Shown: piece by piece, positions 12,474 through 25,350 of the stretch
How the letters are laid out: every line of letters begins with the position of its first letter
Position numbering within the stretch: position 1 is the first letter of the stretch
Assembly: GCF_006345805.1 (NCBI RefSeq)
Contig: NC_043003.1
Location: 41,416,001 to 41,480,000 of the forward strand
Origin: Octopus sinensis
Lineage: Eukaryota
Length of the DNA stretch: 64,000 nucleotides
Direction of reading: 5' to 3'
Program-made: the position numbers and the translations under genes
The notes under the pieces: generated by a model
Seen by the model: only the letters and a program-made list of their open reading frames with translations
Told to the model about the DNA's origin: nothing
Database searches by the model: none

Positions 12474-13599
12474 TATTCACATGTATACCGGTATAGTTTT
12501 GTAGATCCATGCTTGTATCTTTACCTTTTCAAAATTTGAAATGATGTAATATGTAGGGAAGTAGAAATAAACGCGTTCGCACACATTCATACACACACAC
12601 TCATAGACACACACACACATACAAATACATGCATATTTTTATATGTATATTAGTATACATACACACACATATATAGATACATCTGTATGCGTTTATGCAT
12701 ATACCTATATGTGTTTGTGTGTCCATGTGTGTGTGTTATTGTGCGTGTGTGTGCGTGTTCATATTCAACAAATTTAGCAATACACACACGCGTATTTATA
12801 TGTTTATGTATATCGAAATCACATTTGGTATCGATTCATCAGTGACAAAATGCTCGCTACGTTTTGAACCATTTTATCGATTCAGTGATAAGCTTGATCT
12901 TTCACAGCGGATGTTACTGTTCTCAAAGTAACTCACGATTGTTGCGTTTTTTATCTTTAGTTCCCTACCTAAATTCATTAATCAGTGACCTGGAGCTTCA
13001 GTCAAATAGGTTTTTGAAATTAATCAGTGAGGCTCATATCTTTTTCAACTCGAAATCATCAGAATCTATTGCAGTTGCTTGCTTCCAACCTTTCTTTCTT
13101 TCTTTCTTTCTTTCTGTTTGTCATACAAGAGCACTTACTAATAATTGAAGCGTTATTCTCAACCACCCTCTCTTTTTTCTTTCTGTGTCTCTCTATTTCC
13201 ACAACTTCATCTGTCTCTTTAGCTGTGAAAAGCAAACAACAACGACATCAATGACAAGTAGAAAAAAAAAAAGGATAAGAGTTACAATAGGGGTTAAAAA
13301 CCAACCAAGTCATTTCTTTTATTCCTGACTTTCCAATAACACATCAGATATTCGTCAGAAGCCTTCCCAAATGACAAAATATGCATAAAAAGCACATCTC
13401 TCCAACTACAACAAAAAAAAAAACATCAAATATATTTTGTACATGCACAAACATTCATACAAACATGTACATACACACATACAGATATATATGTATATAT
13501 ATATATATTCGCTTGCGCTCGATTAGAAACATCACCATATTATGCTCTTGTGCTAGGGTATATTTATACGTGCCAAGCTGCATGCTTCTCTCATTGTCC

Positions 13600-13661
13600 A
13601 TATATGTGTTTGTATATGTGTATGTGTATGTATATGTATATATTTATATGTATATATATGC

Positions 13662-13694
<33 letters not shown>

Positions 13695-13699
13695 ATATC

Positions 13700-13734
<35 letters not shown>

Positions 13735-13757
13735 CATGCACATAGATATAGAGTATT

Positions 13758-13812
<55 letters not shown>

Positions 13813-13816
13813 ATAC

Positions 13817-13865
<49 letters not shown>

Positions 13866-13871
13866 CATATA

Positions 13872-13940
<69 letters not shown>

Positions 13941-13965
13941 TATATATATATAGTCCTATATATAT
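13600..13965. repeat. Long (TA)n/(TACATA)n microsatellite
   Basis: Directly visible; representative of dozens of similar tracts in the window. Confidence 0.95.
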
Positions 13966-14687
13966 GCGCATACAGAGATGTAGATAGACATATATTGATA
14001 GACAGAATGATAGGTAGATAGTTACATTTATTCGCGTATAAACTTGTTGCTCTTTTAAATATCTAGATATGTATGTATACCTATATGTTTACATATATAT
14101 TTGCACGCACATGCATACATACACGCCGCACACATGCACCCATGCATGCAACCACGTCATCAAAAATAAAGCCACCTTAGATTAATCAATACATTGAATC
14201 ATGAAATATGGAACATTTGCATTTAATGTGGAAGATGAACTCAAAGAAAGAAAAAGAAACAACAACAACAACAACAAAACAGAAACTACAACAAACTCTC
14301 TTGTGATGGTAAAAATCACGATAAGGATGATAATGATGAGGCAGAAAATGAGGTGAGGGATGAAGCAGGAGGTGCGCGTGTGTAGGAAAGTATCTCGATG
14401 GTGTCATATGACACAACATATTCGATACAAAAGTTGTGAATGGTAATTACCAACCCTAATGGGGTCTCATATATATACGTTATTTCAAACGCTTGACACT
14501 TAACTGGTATTAGGTTTCACCCGTTTTATGCCACCCTTTTCTCAATACGATCTAACGATGTGTATATTTGGGTATACATGCATGTATATATGTATATATG
14601 GTGTATGTATGTGTGCATGTATGTATATAGGTATGTACGCATCTATCTATCTCATATATATATATATATTATATAATATATATATAT

Positions 14688-14743
<56 letters not shown>

Positions 14744-14914
14744 TTTACATAGAGAGATAGACAGATAAATATATATAGATTCCACGTCCTCGCGTTGTTG
14801 TGTTTTTTGTGCTTTCTTGTTTGAATTAACTTTATTTATATATATATTATATATATATATATATAATAGAGAGAGGAGAGAGAGAGAGAGAGAGAGATAG
14901 ATAGATAGATAGAG

Positions 14915-14970
<56 letters not shown>

Positions 14971-16324
14971 AAGATTATAATTTATATTGTTATTTACTAC
15001 AGTTTGCTTCTGCCACAAGCCTTTAAAAGTTTCGTTGGTTATTTACAGTTTCTTTGTATACAAAATTTGTTGAAAAAGAATCATGATAGATTATCTTCCC
15101 ACCACAATAGAAATTAATCTGAAGTGCCTGAAAACTATTTTCAAAATTCAATGGGCTATGGTGGAAGGGAGTGTATGTAAGACATCGAAAGATGTGTGTG
15201 CTGGAATTCCCTGTTGTAGTGTGTAATTACCCACACGCCCGCCCATTCTAACACAACCACGCACGCATTCTAACGTGCACCTATTCATATATACAGAAGA
15301 AGCAAGGACCTAAACCTACAAAGGAATGTTAAACATCCAAGTCCGCTTTCAATCCAAGGCAAAGAATATATAAAAAATCTATATATTCTATATTGGTACA
15401 ATAAATAAAGTATAAGGAAAGGAAAAATTAGAAGTGTTGACGTTACTTTATCCCAAGTTGGTACATATCCAATAAAAACTCTATGAGTTGTTTGGAAGCC
15501 TATTTAATTCAAAACAAAACGAAAGATAATCGTTTTGGAATTACAAATTTAGCTTTCCTCGGGACTTCATTATTAGAATGAATGGGCTCTACCAACAAAA
15601 ATATGATGACCTTAACAATAGCCCAGAAAGGAGCAAACAACTAAATTATGATAGAAAGAAATTAACTTGTTAAAGACATTCGTTTCGTTTTATTTTTCAT
15701 TTCCACATTGCCATTATGTTATGGTTGGTATTTTAGGTAAATTCCTTCCAGAGTTATTGTTTAGATTTATATACAGCCATTCTCGTTTAATAACTTAATA
15801 TAAGTATTCATTAGATTAAAGATTTTTTTTTTCCTAATCATATTATTTGTATAAATTATAACTTAACAATTTTTTATATGAATTAAAACAAAGTTTTATA
15901 ATATATATATATATATAATATATATATATATATGATTGAGGTAGTTGTGTATGTATTATGTATATACATACATCAAAAGCGGGAGAGAAGTGGGACACAA
16001 AATAAGTGAAAGAGAAAGAGAGAAAGTGAGAGAGATAGCAGATACCTAATTCCAAAGTAAAATTCATACATAGAAACATAGACAGCAAATATTGGATGTC
16101 AATTTCCTTTTCATTACCACGCGAGGATAAAATTAACTCACACAAGGCTGAGTACTCCAAAAACACGCATAACAATAAAATAGTTCTCAAGGAGATTCAG
16201 CCTCACACAGAATATGACAAGGCTGGCCCCCCCTTGAATTACAGTTACACCTCGAGACATATGTGTATAGATATATATATATATATATATATATATAATA
16301 ATATATATATATATATTATATATA

Positions 16325-16670
16325 TATATATTCAACAATATTAAGGAATGGCCTTGATAGGCCATTCGACCCACTAGAAAGAGCAGCTAAACTCAAACCG
16401 AAATAGTTGTAATCAGAAACCAATGGAAAATAAAAACATTTACCTTATCATCTATTTTTATTTTCCTTGGCTTCTGAAACAAACTATTTAGCGGTTTGAG
16501 TTTAGCTGCTCTTTCTAGTGGGTCGAATGCCCTATCAAGGCCATTCCTTAATATTGTTGAATGTATATTATATAGTCTGTTGACTTACTTTTCTTTCTCA
16601 CTGGACCGCTGGTGGCGAAAAATTTCTCTTGATTTTTTTGCTATTGATGAATATTGATGAATATATATAT
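16325..16670 (+). mobile_element. (TA)n-flanked fold-back element with tail
   Basis: Arms ~16330-16436 and ~16453-16562 (ggaatggccttgatagg / cctatcaaggccattcc). The tail 16585-16665 recurs inverted at 17672-17751. Confidence 0.75.
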
Positions 16671-16678
16671 ATATATAG

Positions 16679-17608
16679 TTATCCGTAATAATGAAGATGT
16701 TGAAATTAATTCATTTGGAATAATTATCAATTACACCAAGTAGTCTTCGGCATGTAAAAGCCTCATTCGAGGAAAAATTTAATAATACTAAGCAAAATAA
16801 AGGGTTAGCAACGAATGCCTTACCACATACCGAATTTAGAAATAGCAGTCAAAGAGTTATAGCTATTTCTTCTACTAAAAAGGGAGATCTCAGTAAAGAC
16901 AGCAATTGGAAGGCAGACACAAACAGGTAAGGAGAATGAATTGACGGCAATCTATCATACATTTTAAAGTTATCTACGGACGTACGTTTCGAAATCAAGG
17001 TTTTAGGAAAGCATAAGAATTAAATATTAAATATTAAATAATTCTATATTACCGAAACTTCTTTTTCTTCAGCGTAGAATACTATAATCATAAATGATTA
17101 TATATTGAATTTTGAGATACTAGAAGGCACCAAATCAACTCAGTATCAGAGCGAGCTAGAATCCGCACTAGTATCACCAAACTCAATGTGTGAATGAAAC
17201 GATTGTGTCACCAGCCCCTTCCCACCCGCGTGTAGCCAAAACAAGATGCTGTGGTCATCTACTGAGATAAAATATGGTTTCCGTAATAATGAAGGGTGAA
17301 ATTAATTAATTTGGAATAATTATCAATTACTCCAAGTAGTCTTCGGCATGTAAAAGCCTCATTCGAGGAAAATTTAAGTAATACTAAGCAATAAAGGGTT
17401 AGCAACGAATTGCCTTACCACATACCGAATTTAGAAATAGCAGTCAAAGAGTTATAGCTATTTCTTCTACTAATTGTCTGCCTTCCAATTGCTGTCTTTA
17501 CTGAGATCTCCCTTTTTAGTAGAAGAAATAGCTATAACTCTTTGACTGCTATTTCTAAATTCGGTATGTGGTAAGGCAATTCGTTGCTAACCCTTTATTG
17601 CTTAGTAT

Positions 17609-17612
<4 letters not shown>
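16679..17612 (-). mobile_element. Partial-tandem plus inverted PLE-pLTR/retrozyme-like element (~600-bp unit)
   Basis: Direct repeats ~16679-16872 and ~17279-17471, an inverted copy at ~17474-17612, a hammerhead at 16973-17078, and (TA)n on both sides. Confidence 0.8.
16973..17078 (-). ncRNA. Minimal type I hammerhead ribozyme
   Basis: Minus strand: tctacg CTGAAGA aaaa..(long loop)..tttc GAAAC gtac GTC cgtaga. 6-bp helix I, palindromic GTAC loop, weak helix II. Confidence 0.8.
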
Positions 17613-17651
<39 letters not shown>

Positions 17652-17760
17652 TATATATAATATATATATATATATTCATCAATATTCATCAATAGCAAAA
17701 AAATTCAAGAGAAATTTTTCGCCACCAGCGGTCCAGTGAGAAAGAAAAGTATATATATAT

Positions 17761-18371
17761 AAAATCATATCAAAGGGAAATGTAATTTAATTAAAATTAA
17801 AAACTTTTAATCAAAATTTACATTTCCAGTGGTCTAACGTGTAAAAAAAATTAGTCAAAAAGACTATATATTAGTCATACGATATAGTGTGTATTTAAAC
17901 CCATAAGGAATCCACTAATAGGGATTCTACACGCTAGAAAGAACAGCTAGGTTCTATAACCACAAAATTTGGGGATAAAATTCGACAGGAATAAATTTGG
18001 AAATGAAAAACATTTACCATCTATTTTCCTGGACCAATTGGTTTCTAATCTTCTTTTAGTGAGTCAAGAACTCACAAGCTCTGATTTCCCTCAGCAGGTC
18101 CAACCTAGGGTTAAACATATCCACACGAGACAAACAAGACTACTTGTCTCGTGTTTATACGACCTAACTTTGCAAATATTACTGCGCAGACGCATTACTT
18201 CGCTGGCTACAATAAAAAACCGCCAACTTTTAACCGAAAATTATCCCAAAAACTTACAGTATTTAATCATATCAAAGGGAAATGGAATTTAATTAAAATA
18301 AAAATTTTGTGGTTATAGAAACTAGCTATTCTTTCTAGCGCGTAGAATCCCTATAAGTGGATTCCTTGTGT

Positions 18372-18376
<5 letters not shown>
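17761..18376 (-). mobile_element. (TA)n-flanked fold-back element with terminal direct repeat
   Basis: Inverted arms ~17896-17970 and ~18301-18376. atcatatcaaagggaaatg.aatttaattaaa occurs at 17764 and 18266. Confidence 0.7.
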
Positions 18377-18418
<42 letters not shown>

Positions 18419-18599
18419 TGTATTTGTGTGTGTATAGTTTAGGTTAGTTAAAATATGTTTGCAATAATAACTGTCGCGTGTTGGAAATAAATGCAATTAT
18501 CAAACTTTCATTCGTAAATCCATTTATTATTTCATTCTTTTGCATTTCAGTTTGTATATTTGCACTCTGATTATGTACAAGCAGATATCTAAAATGGCA

Positions 18600-18740
18600 A
18601 TTTAGCTGTTCAGCAGGAGAGACTGATAGAATAAGCACCAGGCTTACATGGAATAAGCCCAGTGGTCAATTTCTTCGACTAAAGGGTAGTGCTCCATCAT
18701 AGACACCGTGAAATAACTGAAACAGGTAAAAGAATAAAAA
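18600..18740 (+). mobile_element. 3' part of SINE family A
   Basis: gatagaataagcaccaggctta...cgactaaagg..gtgctcca...actgaaacaggtaaaagaataaa. Confidence 0.65.
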
Positions 18741-18904
18741 CGTTCCGTTCTACTAAACCAAGAAGGTTCTTTGAATATGTACGAAGTGTTTTAAGGTTAA
18801 TATTAATTTCGTTTACGTTTTTGTAACTGAGATAGTTTCGTTGGATTATATAGCCATTGGTGCTACATTACTTTCTATAGTATATAACTGTCACAATATA
18901 CATT

Positions 18905-19055
18905 TTGGGTCAAAATTTTTTGTGGGGAGGGGGCCAGTTGATTAGATTGACCCGCAGCACACAATTGATACTTAATTTATCGAACCCGAAAGGAAGAAAG
19001 GCAAAGTCGACCTCGGCAGAATTTGAACTCAGATGTAAAGAGAGACGGCCAAAAT
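18905..19055 (-). mobile_element. SINE family B fragment
   Basis: cttaatttatcga.cccgaaagga.gaaaggcaaagtcgacctcggc.gaatttgaactc; also at 59490-59625, and reverse of 41962-42172. Confidence 0.7.
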
Positions 19056-19390
19056 ATATACAGATTTCTCATGGCACCAGTATACTGTTTGCAGATGCTA
19101 ACATTTTCTATATTTCCGTGAATTTTTCACGGGTCCAGCTAGTGCTATATTATTATTATTATTATTATTATTATTATGATTCACAGTATCATCATTGGTG
19201 TTAATAATAAAAATATTCATGTTCTTTTTAATCTTATACTTCAAACCTGTTGTGCTTAAGTTTCTACAGTGAAATGAGAATGTTGGTGTGAGATGGTTTT
19301 CCTCGTTAATTCCACTGGTTCTCTTAAATCTTAAACTCTTATTTATTATTTCATACATCATAATCACCCTCTGCAGCCTCACCACCGCCA

Positions 19391-19421
19391 CTACTTGCTG
19401 CTGCTGCTTCTGCTGCTGCTG

Positions 19422-19453
<32 letters not shown>

Positions 19454-19454
19454 G

Positions 19455-19521
<67 letters not shown>

Positions 19522-19645
19522 CTCCTCCACCACCACCACCACTGCCACCACCATTATTATCAATACCACCACAACCAGCGCCACCGTCACCACTATCACC
19601 ACTACAACCATCATCATCATCATCACCGTCACCATCATCACCACT
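19391..19645. repeat. (CTG)n/(CTA)n/(CAC)n/(CAT)n compound microsatellite
   Basis: Directly visible. Confidence 0.95.
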
Positions 19646-19752
19646 GCTTAGCAAAAGAGGCGATCATCTTAATCCCTCCTTGTCTTAGCCATATGTCACC
19701 GAAGTGATTCGACTGTTCAAGAAAGTCCTATGTGCAAATGTGCATAAACAAC

Positions 19753-19800
<48 letters not shown>

Positions 19801-20490
19801 GTGAGTGTATGTGTGATTATGTGTGCTTATGTAATACCTGTGTCTTCCTACGTATATGTGCAGTTAAGTTTGTAGCTTCCTGTATATGTGTGCCTATAGA
19901 AAAGCGTTCAGGATTTATCCTCACTGTCCCGAGGCTAAAATATGTCAGGGTTTCTCAATATACGTTGTTTTCTGTTAATAGCGATGCGAGAAGAGGCTTT
20001 AGTGTATTGTTCTTTGCAGCAGTGGTGTTGTGTTGGTGTTGGTGTTGGTGCTGGTGGCGATGAAACGGTAGTGATGATTGTTGTTCGAATAGTGTTGGCG
20101 ATAATCACTATAGCAATGGTCGCAATAGGGATAATTGTAGTGGTAGGAGAAAAGATGGTGTTGGTATTGGTGGTTGTGTTGTTCTTCTGGTTGTTGTTCT
20201 TGTGGTTGTTGTTGTTGTTGTTGTTATTGTTATTGGTGGTGGTGGTAGAGATGACGGCTATGGAATTATTGCTGTTAGTGTTGGGTTGGTTGTGGTAACA
20301 TTCGCTATGTTGGATTAGCTGGCAGTGCTGCTGCTCGGCGTTTGCGTTTAGTTATGCAAAGGTATGTAACGGATAAAGTATCCTTGTAGCAGAGTTATTG
20401 TTGCATCAGGTGGCTTCTAACTTTGTTGTCGTGCATTGTGCTGGTATTTTCTCAATAGTTGAATATGCTCGGAGTAATGTCAACATTCGT

Positions 20491-20878
20491 GGAGGCACAT
20501 GGCCTAGTGGTTAGAGCAGCGGACTCACGGTCGAGGGATTCAATATGCTCGGAGCAATGTTAACATTTGTGGAGGCACATGGCCTAGTGGTTAGAGCAGC
20601 GGACACACGGTCGAGGGATCGCGAGTTCGAATCTCAGACTGGGCGATGTGTGTGTTTATGACCGAAACACCTAAGCTTCACGCGGCTTCGGCAGAAGGTT
20701 AAGTCGAACTTCTGCTGACTCTTTCGCCACAACTTTCTTTCAATCTTCCCTCATGAATCATGCAGCTCACCTGCGACAGAACGGCGTCCCGTCCAGGTGG
20801 GGAACTTATACGCCAAGGAAACAGGGAAACGGGCCTTTATGAGCCAGGCATGGCTCGAGTAGGAACAAAAAACAAAAC
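20491..20878 (+). mobile_element. Full-length tRNA-derived SINE, family C (20571-20878), preceded by an 80-bp duplication containing a second head
   Basis: A-box TGGCCTAGTGG, B-box GAGTTCGAATC, A-rich tail. caatgttaacatt occurs on both sides (probable TSD). 20462-20540 duplicates 20542-20620. Confidence 0.85.
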
Positions 20879-21198
20879 AATGTTAACATTCATAGTAGCG
20901 ACTTGGTATTGTAATTTATAATAATGTTGGCATAGTAAAGTTATGTGGTTTCACTTCGTGCTAATAATGTTTGGAAACCTCATGATAAATGACTGTCGAA
21001 GACAGTGAATCGAAATATGTCAATAATTAAGAAAATATGAAATACAAACACTCGCACACACATGCACACATACATACACACTAGCACAACCACTGAGTTA
21101 TATTTATACACAGTCTATATGTGTGTGGAGGTCATTGTGTTTCTGTGTGTGTGCGTGTGTGAGTGTGCATATATATATATACGCATATATATATACGC

Positions 21199-21268
<70 letters not shown>

Positions 21269-21321
21269 CGCATATATATATATATATATATATATATGCG
21301 TATATATATGTATATATATAT

Positions 21322-21520
21322 ATAAGGGAAAGTTTACGAAAATAAACAAAAGACGAAGGCAGGTGGTGTACAAACAAACAGATGTATTAGTATAGCGCTC
21401 AGGAATAGAAAAAGTCTTTTACGCTTCGAGCCTACGCTCTTCTACAGAAATGTACGCAGAAAAAAACAAGGAGAGAAACAAGGAGAGAAAAAAATGTGTG
21501 TAGTAGCTAACGAACTATGA
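21322..21520 (-). repeat. (TA)n-flanked repeat with hammerhead-like hairpin
   Basis: Reverse complement of the 51565-51775 family (ctgtagaagagcgtaggctcgaagcgtaaaagac). Confidence 0.75.
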
Positions 21521-23089
21521 TATGCGTATACATATGTGTATAATGTAGGTCCATGTACAAATACATACAACATCACATACAGTCACACACATGGATATGT
21601 ATATATGTATGCATGTATAGTCCATTCAAAGAGCAAAACACTAGAGGTAAAAAGGAAAGAAAACGAATGTGAGAACATGCACAAGCAATATATTAATTTG
21701 GCGCTGGGTGTAGTAGTTGTTAATATTTCGAGCATAGCTCTTCATCGGAAACTGGAAAATACCAAAAATAAGGAACGTTAATAACAACTCACTTCTTACA
21801 CGTGTGTCAAATTAATATATTGCTTGTGCACGTCCGAACGTTCGTTTTCATTTTTCGCTGTTTTTCCGTTCTTTAAATTAATTATTTACTGCACGCTCAC
21901 ACGGACCGGCACCGTCCTTCCGAGTGTTTTGGAGTACCTAATTCATGGATCTCTCTCTACCAACACATACAAGCTGCAGGCTTTATGTATCTGCTCAGGT
22001 ACATAAACACATCTCTTGCTCTCTGTATCTCTGGTGTCTCTGTATGTCTGTCTGTCTATCTCTATAATATAATGTAATATAATATAATATATACATATAT
22101 ATATATATGTGCAACACATTTGGGTGTCACTTGAGTGAGTTTTTGTCGTTGCTATTTCTAGCATGCCGAATAGCCACGTATAAGCCCTATTGATATCCAT
22201 TCCTCGTTACTTGAGGTGTTTCACTGTCGTAGTGATGGTAGTAGAGCCGGGAACAGCTTTGATTTTTCTCCATGATAATCGTGGCGTTGTGGTTTATTAT
22301 TTTGGTGTTTTGATGTAATTCTAGTGCTTGTGATACTGATTGTATTCTTGTAGAATTGCTGTGGGAAAAGCAGTGATACTTGAGAAAGGGATTCTGTGGC
22401 AGCGGTGGTGGTGTTATTGATGTTGGAAATGGTTGTGTCGATATAGGAAATGGTTGTGATGATGGTACAGGCAAATTATGCGTCAGTGGTGGTGATGAGA
22501 GAAGTTTAACAGCTTAAAAAAATTAAGAAGTTAACATCGAACATTTGTTGATGATTTGAAATAGATTTTGATGGATTAATCCGTCAAAATATAACAATGA
22601 GGAGGATTATGGCAGAACAATCTGTTAGAAAGACATGACTTGCTAACGTTTACAGCTTGAGTATTTGAGACCTGCAAATGGCATGGAGAAGTGGGGGAGG
22701 CTTATATTGATATATGCGTAATATGGTTAGTGTGTGCATATTTGGATACGTGTTATTGTATGTGTGACTGTATGGTTTTCTATAGTATTTGATATATTTG
22801 GCCGCATAATAGTACTGTTATTGTCGATTTTGTTTAAACGCATGTTAGCTTTGCTTGAGCATATATATATATATGGTCACAGGATTTCTAGTCGTGAGAG
22901 CCCGTCTAAATTTTGCGGTATAGTATAACAGGAACTACAATTTTGTATGTGTTCTTCCATTAATGTGAAATGACAGATTTTTTATTGCTTCTGTTTCAGT
23001 TTGGTCGATTGCACAGTCTGTAAATTAATGGTATACGTAGGAACCAGTAATATTGATTAATGGATTATTTTTATTATTCTGGTTGTTTT

Positions 23090-24160
23090 TAAGATTTTTT
23101 TTCTTTCAGTGATAAAGTATTACTTAAAAGTTACTATGGTTAAAAGAATTCCTGTGGCCATTGCAAGCTCTCTGCTCAAGCTAATGCCTTTGGTGAAAGC
23201 CATATTTTTTTTCCTGGGCATTTTGCAATACACTGTCTTGAAGTGATATGTGAACGAGAAGGAAATGGTATTTTGATCCTAATACTTCAACAAATTGCTG
23301 TCCACTAAAGACATCTAGAGTTATTGTTTATATTCCTATTAATTGCAAAGTTTCTTGTACTGTATTACGGTATTGCAGTTAGTACTGTATAGTTTAAATT
23401 CTCCTTCGACATTACAGAATTTATAATTTCCTGACTGAATCTCCTGATTCACAGAATGAACGGGAAGGAAGATTATGATCAATAATTACCATCATATGGA
23501 TCGCACGTCATTATGGCAAATGACATACCCAAGGCCAAATGGTACCCATCTTGAACAACAACGGAAACGTAGGTTTTCCAGGAGAACGAAGAAAGCACAA
23601 TAAGGGAATTCAACCTACAACTATTTTATTAATCCATAAATTTAACATTTTAAAGGAAGTATTCGCTTTTGTTTTCCGCCCTTGTGGATGCAAAAACGAG
23701 GAATTCTTTAATGATACTCGCAGAGATGCTGGTAACGTTAATACATTTGTATTGATACCAAAGGGAAACTACACCTTTCTCGCATGTTCGTTACACTGAG
23801 CAAAAAGGCACTGGCTTCAAAACTTACACGGTTTCTAATCTTGGGTTATTCTTCCACGTTCTGTGGAATAATTATCGATGATTACTGACCATCATCAATT
23901 TCCTCTGAGTGAGGAATTTATCCTATGGCACACAGTCACGGACTGCCGAATTCTTAGCTTTTGGGGTATTATTTATACTCACGTCGAAAGTGGAGTTTTG
24001 CTTGTTGCAGTAGGTAGGTATAATAACATTGAACAGAGCACCAATGTGCACAACACAAAAATAGGAAATAACAAGCAAATTGCGAATCGAATCGTTTGAT
24101 ATTAAAATTTTAGGAGGATGTTTACCAAACATAGAGAAACACTGCCAAACAAAATTTTTA
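23090..24160 (-). pseudogene. Candidate intronless ionotropic receptor (IR/iGluR-like) pseudogene, C-terminal half
   Basis: FVWQCFSMFGKHPPKILISNDSIRNLLVISYFCVVHIGALFN (pore loop, S-x-R, TM); SKENLNYTVLTAIP*YSTRNFAINRNI / MSLVDSNLLKY* (S2 end); GISLSRELAMATGILLTIVTF..FITE (last TM). Many stops and one frameshift; matched by eye only. Confidence 0.45.
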
Positions 24161-24467
24161 CATTCATTCATTCATTTATTCATTCCTTCATTTAATTCAT
24201 GCATACATACATAAAGACAGACACACAGACAGACTCTCAGATAGACAGACAGACAGACACATATTTAGACGGATAGATAATACATAAATAGATACATGCA
24301 TGCAAACATACATACATACATACATACATGTAAGAGTAAGTGCATCTCAATATATGAAATATATAGTGACATTAACAGGAGTGCTTATCATGATATTTAA
24401 TGCAGTAATTCAAGAATTATTAATTAGAATTTTTCTCGTAACCTGAAGAATTCATCATTATTTTAAT

Positions 24468-24865
24468 CTCTGCAGCGTTAGACAAAATCAGCATTTGTTC
24501 GAGCTCTTTAATTTTTCAGTTCAAATTCCTCGATACCTACTTTATCTTTCATCTTTTCGGGGTCGACAATGCAAAGTACCCGTTTAGCACCGGAGCCGGT
24601 GTATTCGACACGAGTACCCTTGAAATGTCTGACCTTGTGCCAAAATTAGGAAGAATATGAAAGCGGCTCTCTGCAGCGTTCGACAAAATTAGCATTTGTT
24701 CCAGCTCTTTACATTTTCAGTTCAAATTCCTCGATGCCAACTTTCATCTTTTCGAGGTCGACAATGCAAAGTACCAGTTAAGCACTGGGGCCGGTATATT
24801 CGACTCCAGCACCCTCGAAATATCTGGCCTTGTGCCAAAATCAGGAAGAATATGAAAGCGGCTGA
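24468..24865 (+). repeat. Two tandem ~200-bp copies of a decayed SINE family B
   Basis: tctgcagcgtt.gacaaaat.agcatttgttc...gtcgacaatgcaaagtacc...ccttgtgccaaaat.aggaagaatatgaaagcggct, repeated twice. Confidence 0.75.
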
Positions 24866-24934
24866 GGTTTACATATGGTAACTGAAGGAATAGGTTGTGC
24901 AGCGTTACATACTTTTAGTATCAATATATTACTT

Positions 24935-25350
24935 CGCGGGCGAGCGAAGGAAGGAAATAAGGCGGGCGGGCGGGCGGGCAAACGCGTGCGTCGAAAGGGT
25001 CGGGCGAACGCAGCGGCGTCTGAAAGGCGGGCGAAGGCGTGCGTCCAAAGATGCGGGTAGAACGCAGCGTCTAATAGGCGGGCGTGAAGAAGCGGACGTC
25101 CAGAGGCGGGCGAAGGCGGGCGAAGGCGGACGAAGGCGAGCTTCAAAAGGCGGGCGAAGGCGGGCAAACGCGGGCGTCAACGGGCGGGCGAACGCAGCGT
25201 CTGAAAGGCGGGCGGTTCGGCGGCGGAAATTCGAGGACGCGCCGGCCGTGTAGAATCGATCTTGCACCGGCAAACGGGGAGCTAACCGTCATCAGGAAAG
25301 GAGCTACGAGGACATCCTTCCGAGACGCTAACCTATGCCGATCAACCACA
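24935..25350 (-). other. Probable rDNA 5' ETS start, GC-rich with GGCGGGCGAA repeats, truncated
   Basis: Abrupt AT-to-GC switch at ~24935; lies downstream (minus strand) of the last spacer repeat. Confidence 0.45.

Noticed and set aside
15120-15700. Unique, moderately complex sequence that could be coding
   Set aside because: No sustained frame, splice pair or recognisable motif found.
20491-20645. tRNA genes (also 47850-47923 and 56845-56916)
   Set aside because: A/B boxes continue into SINE bodies, and I could not close a proper acceptor stem.
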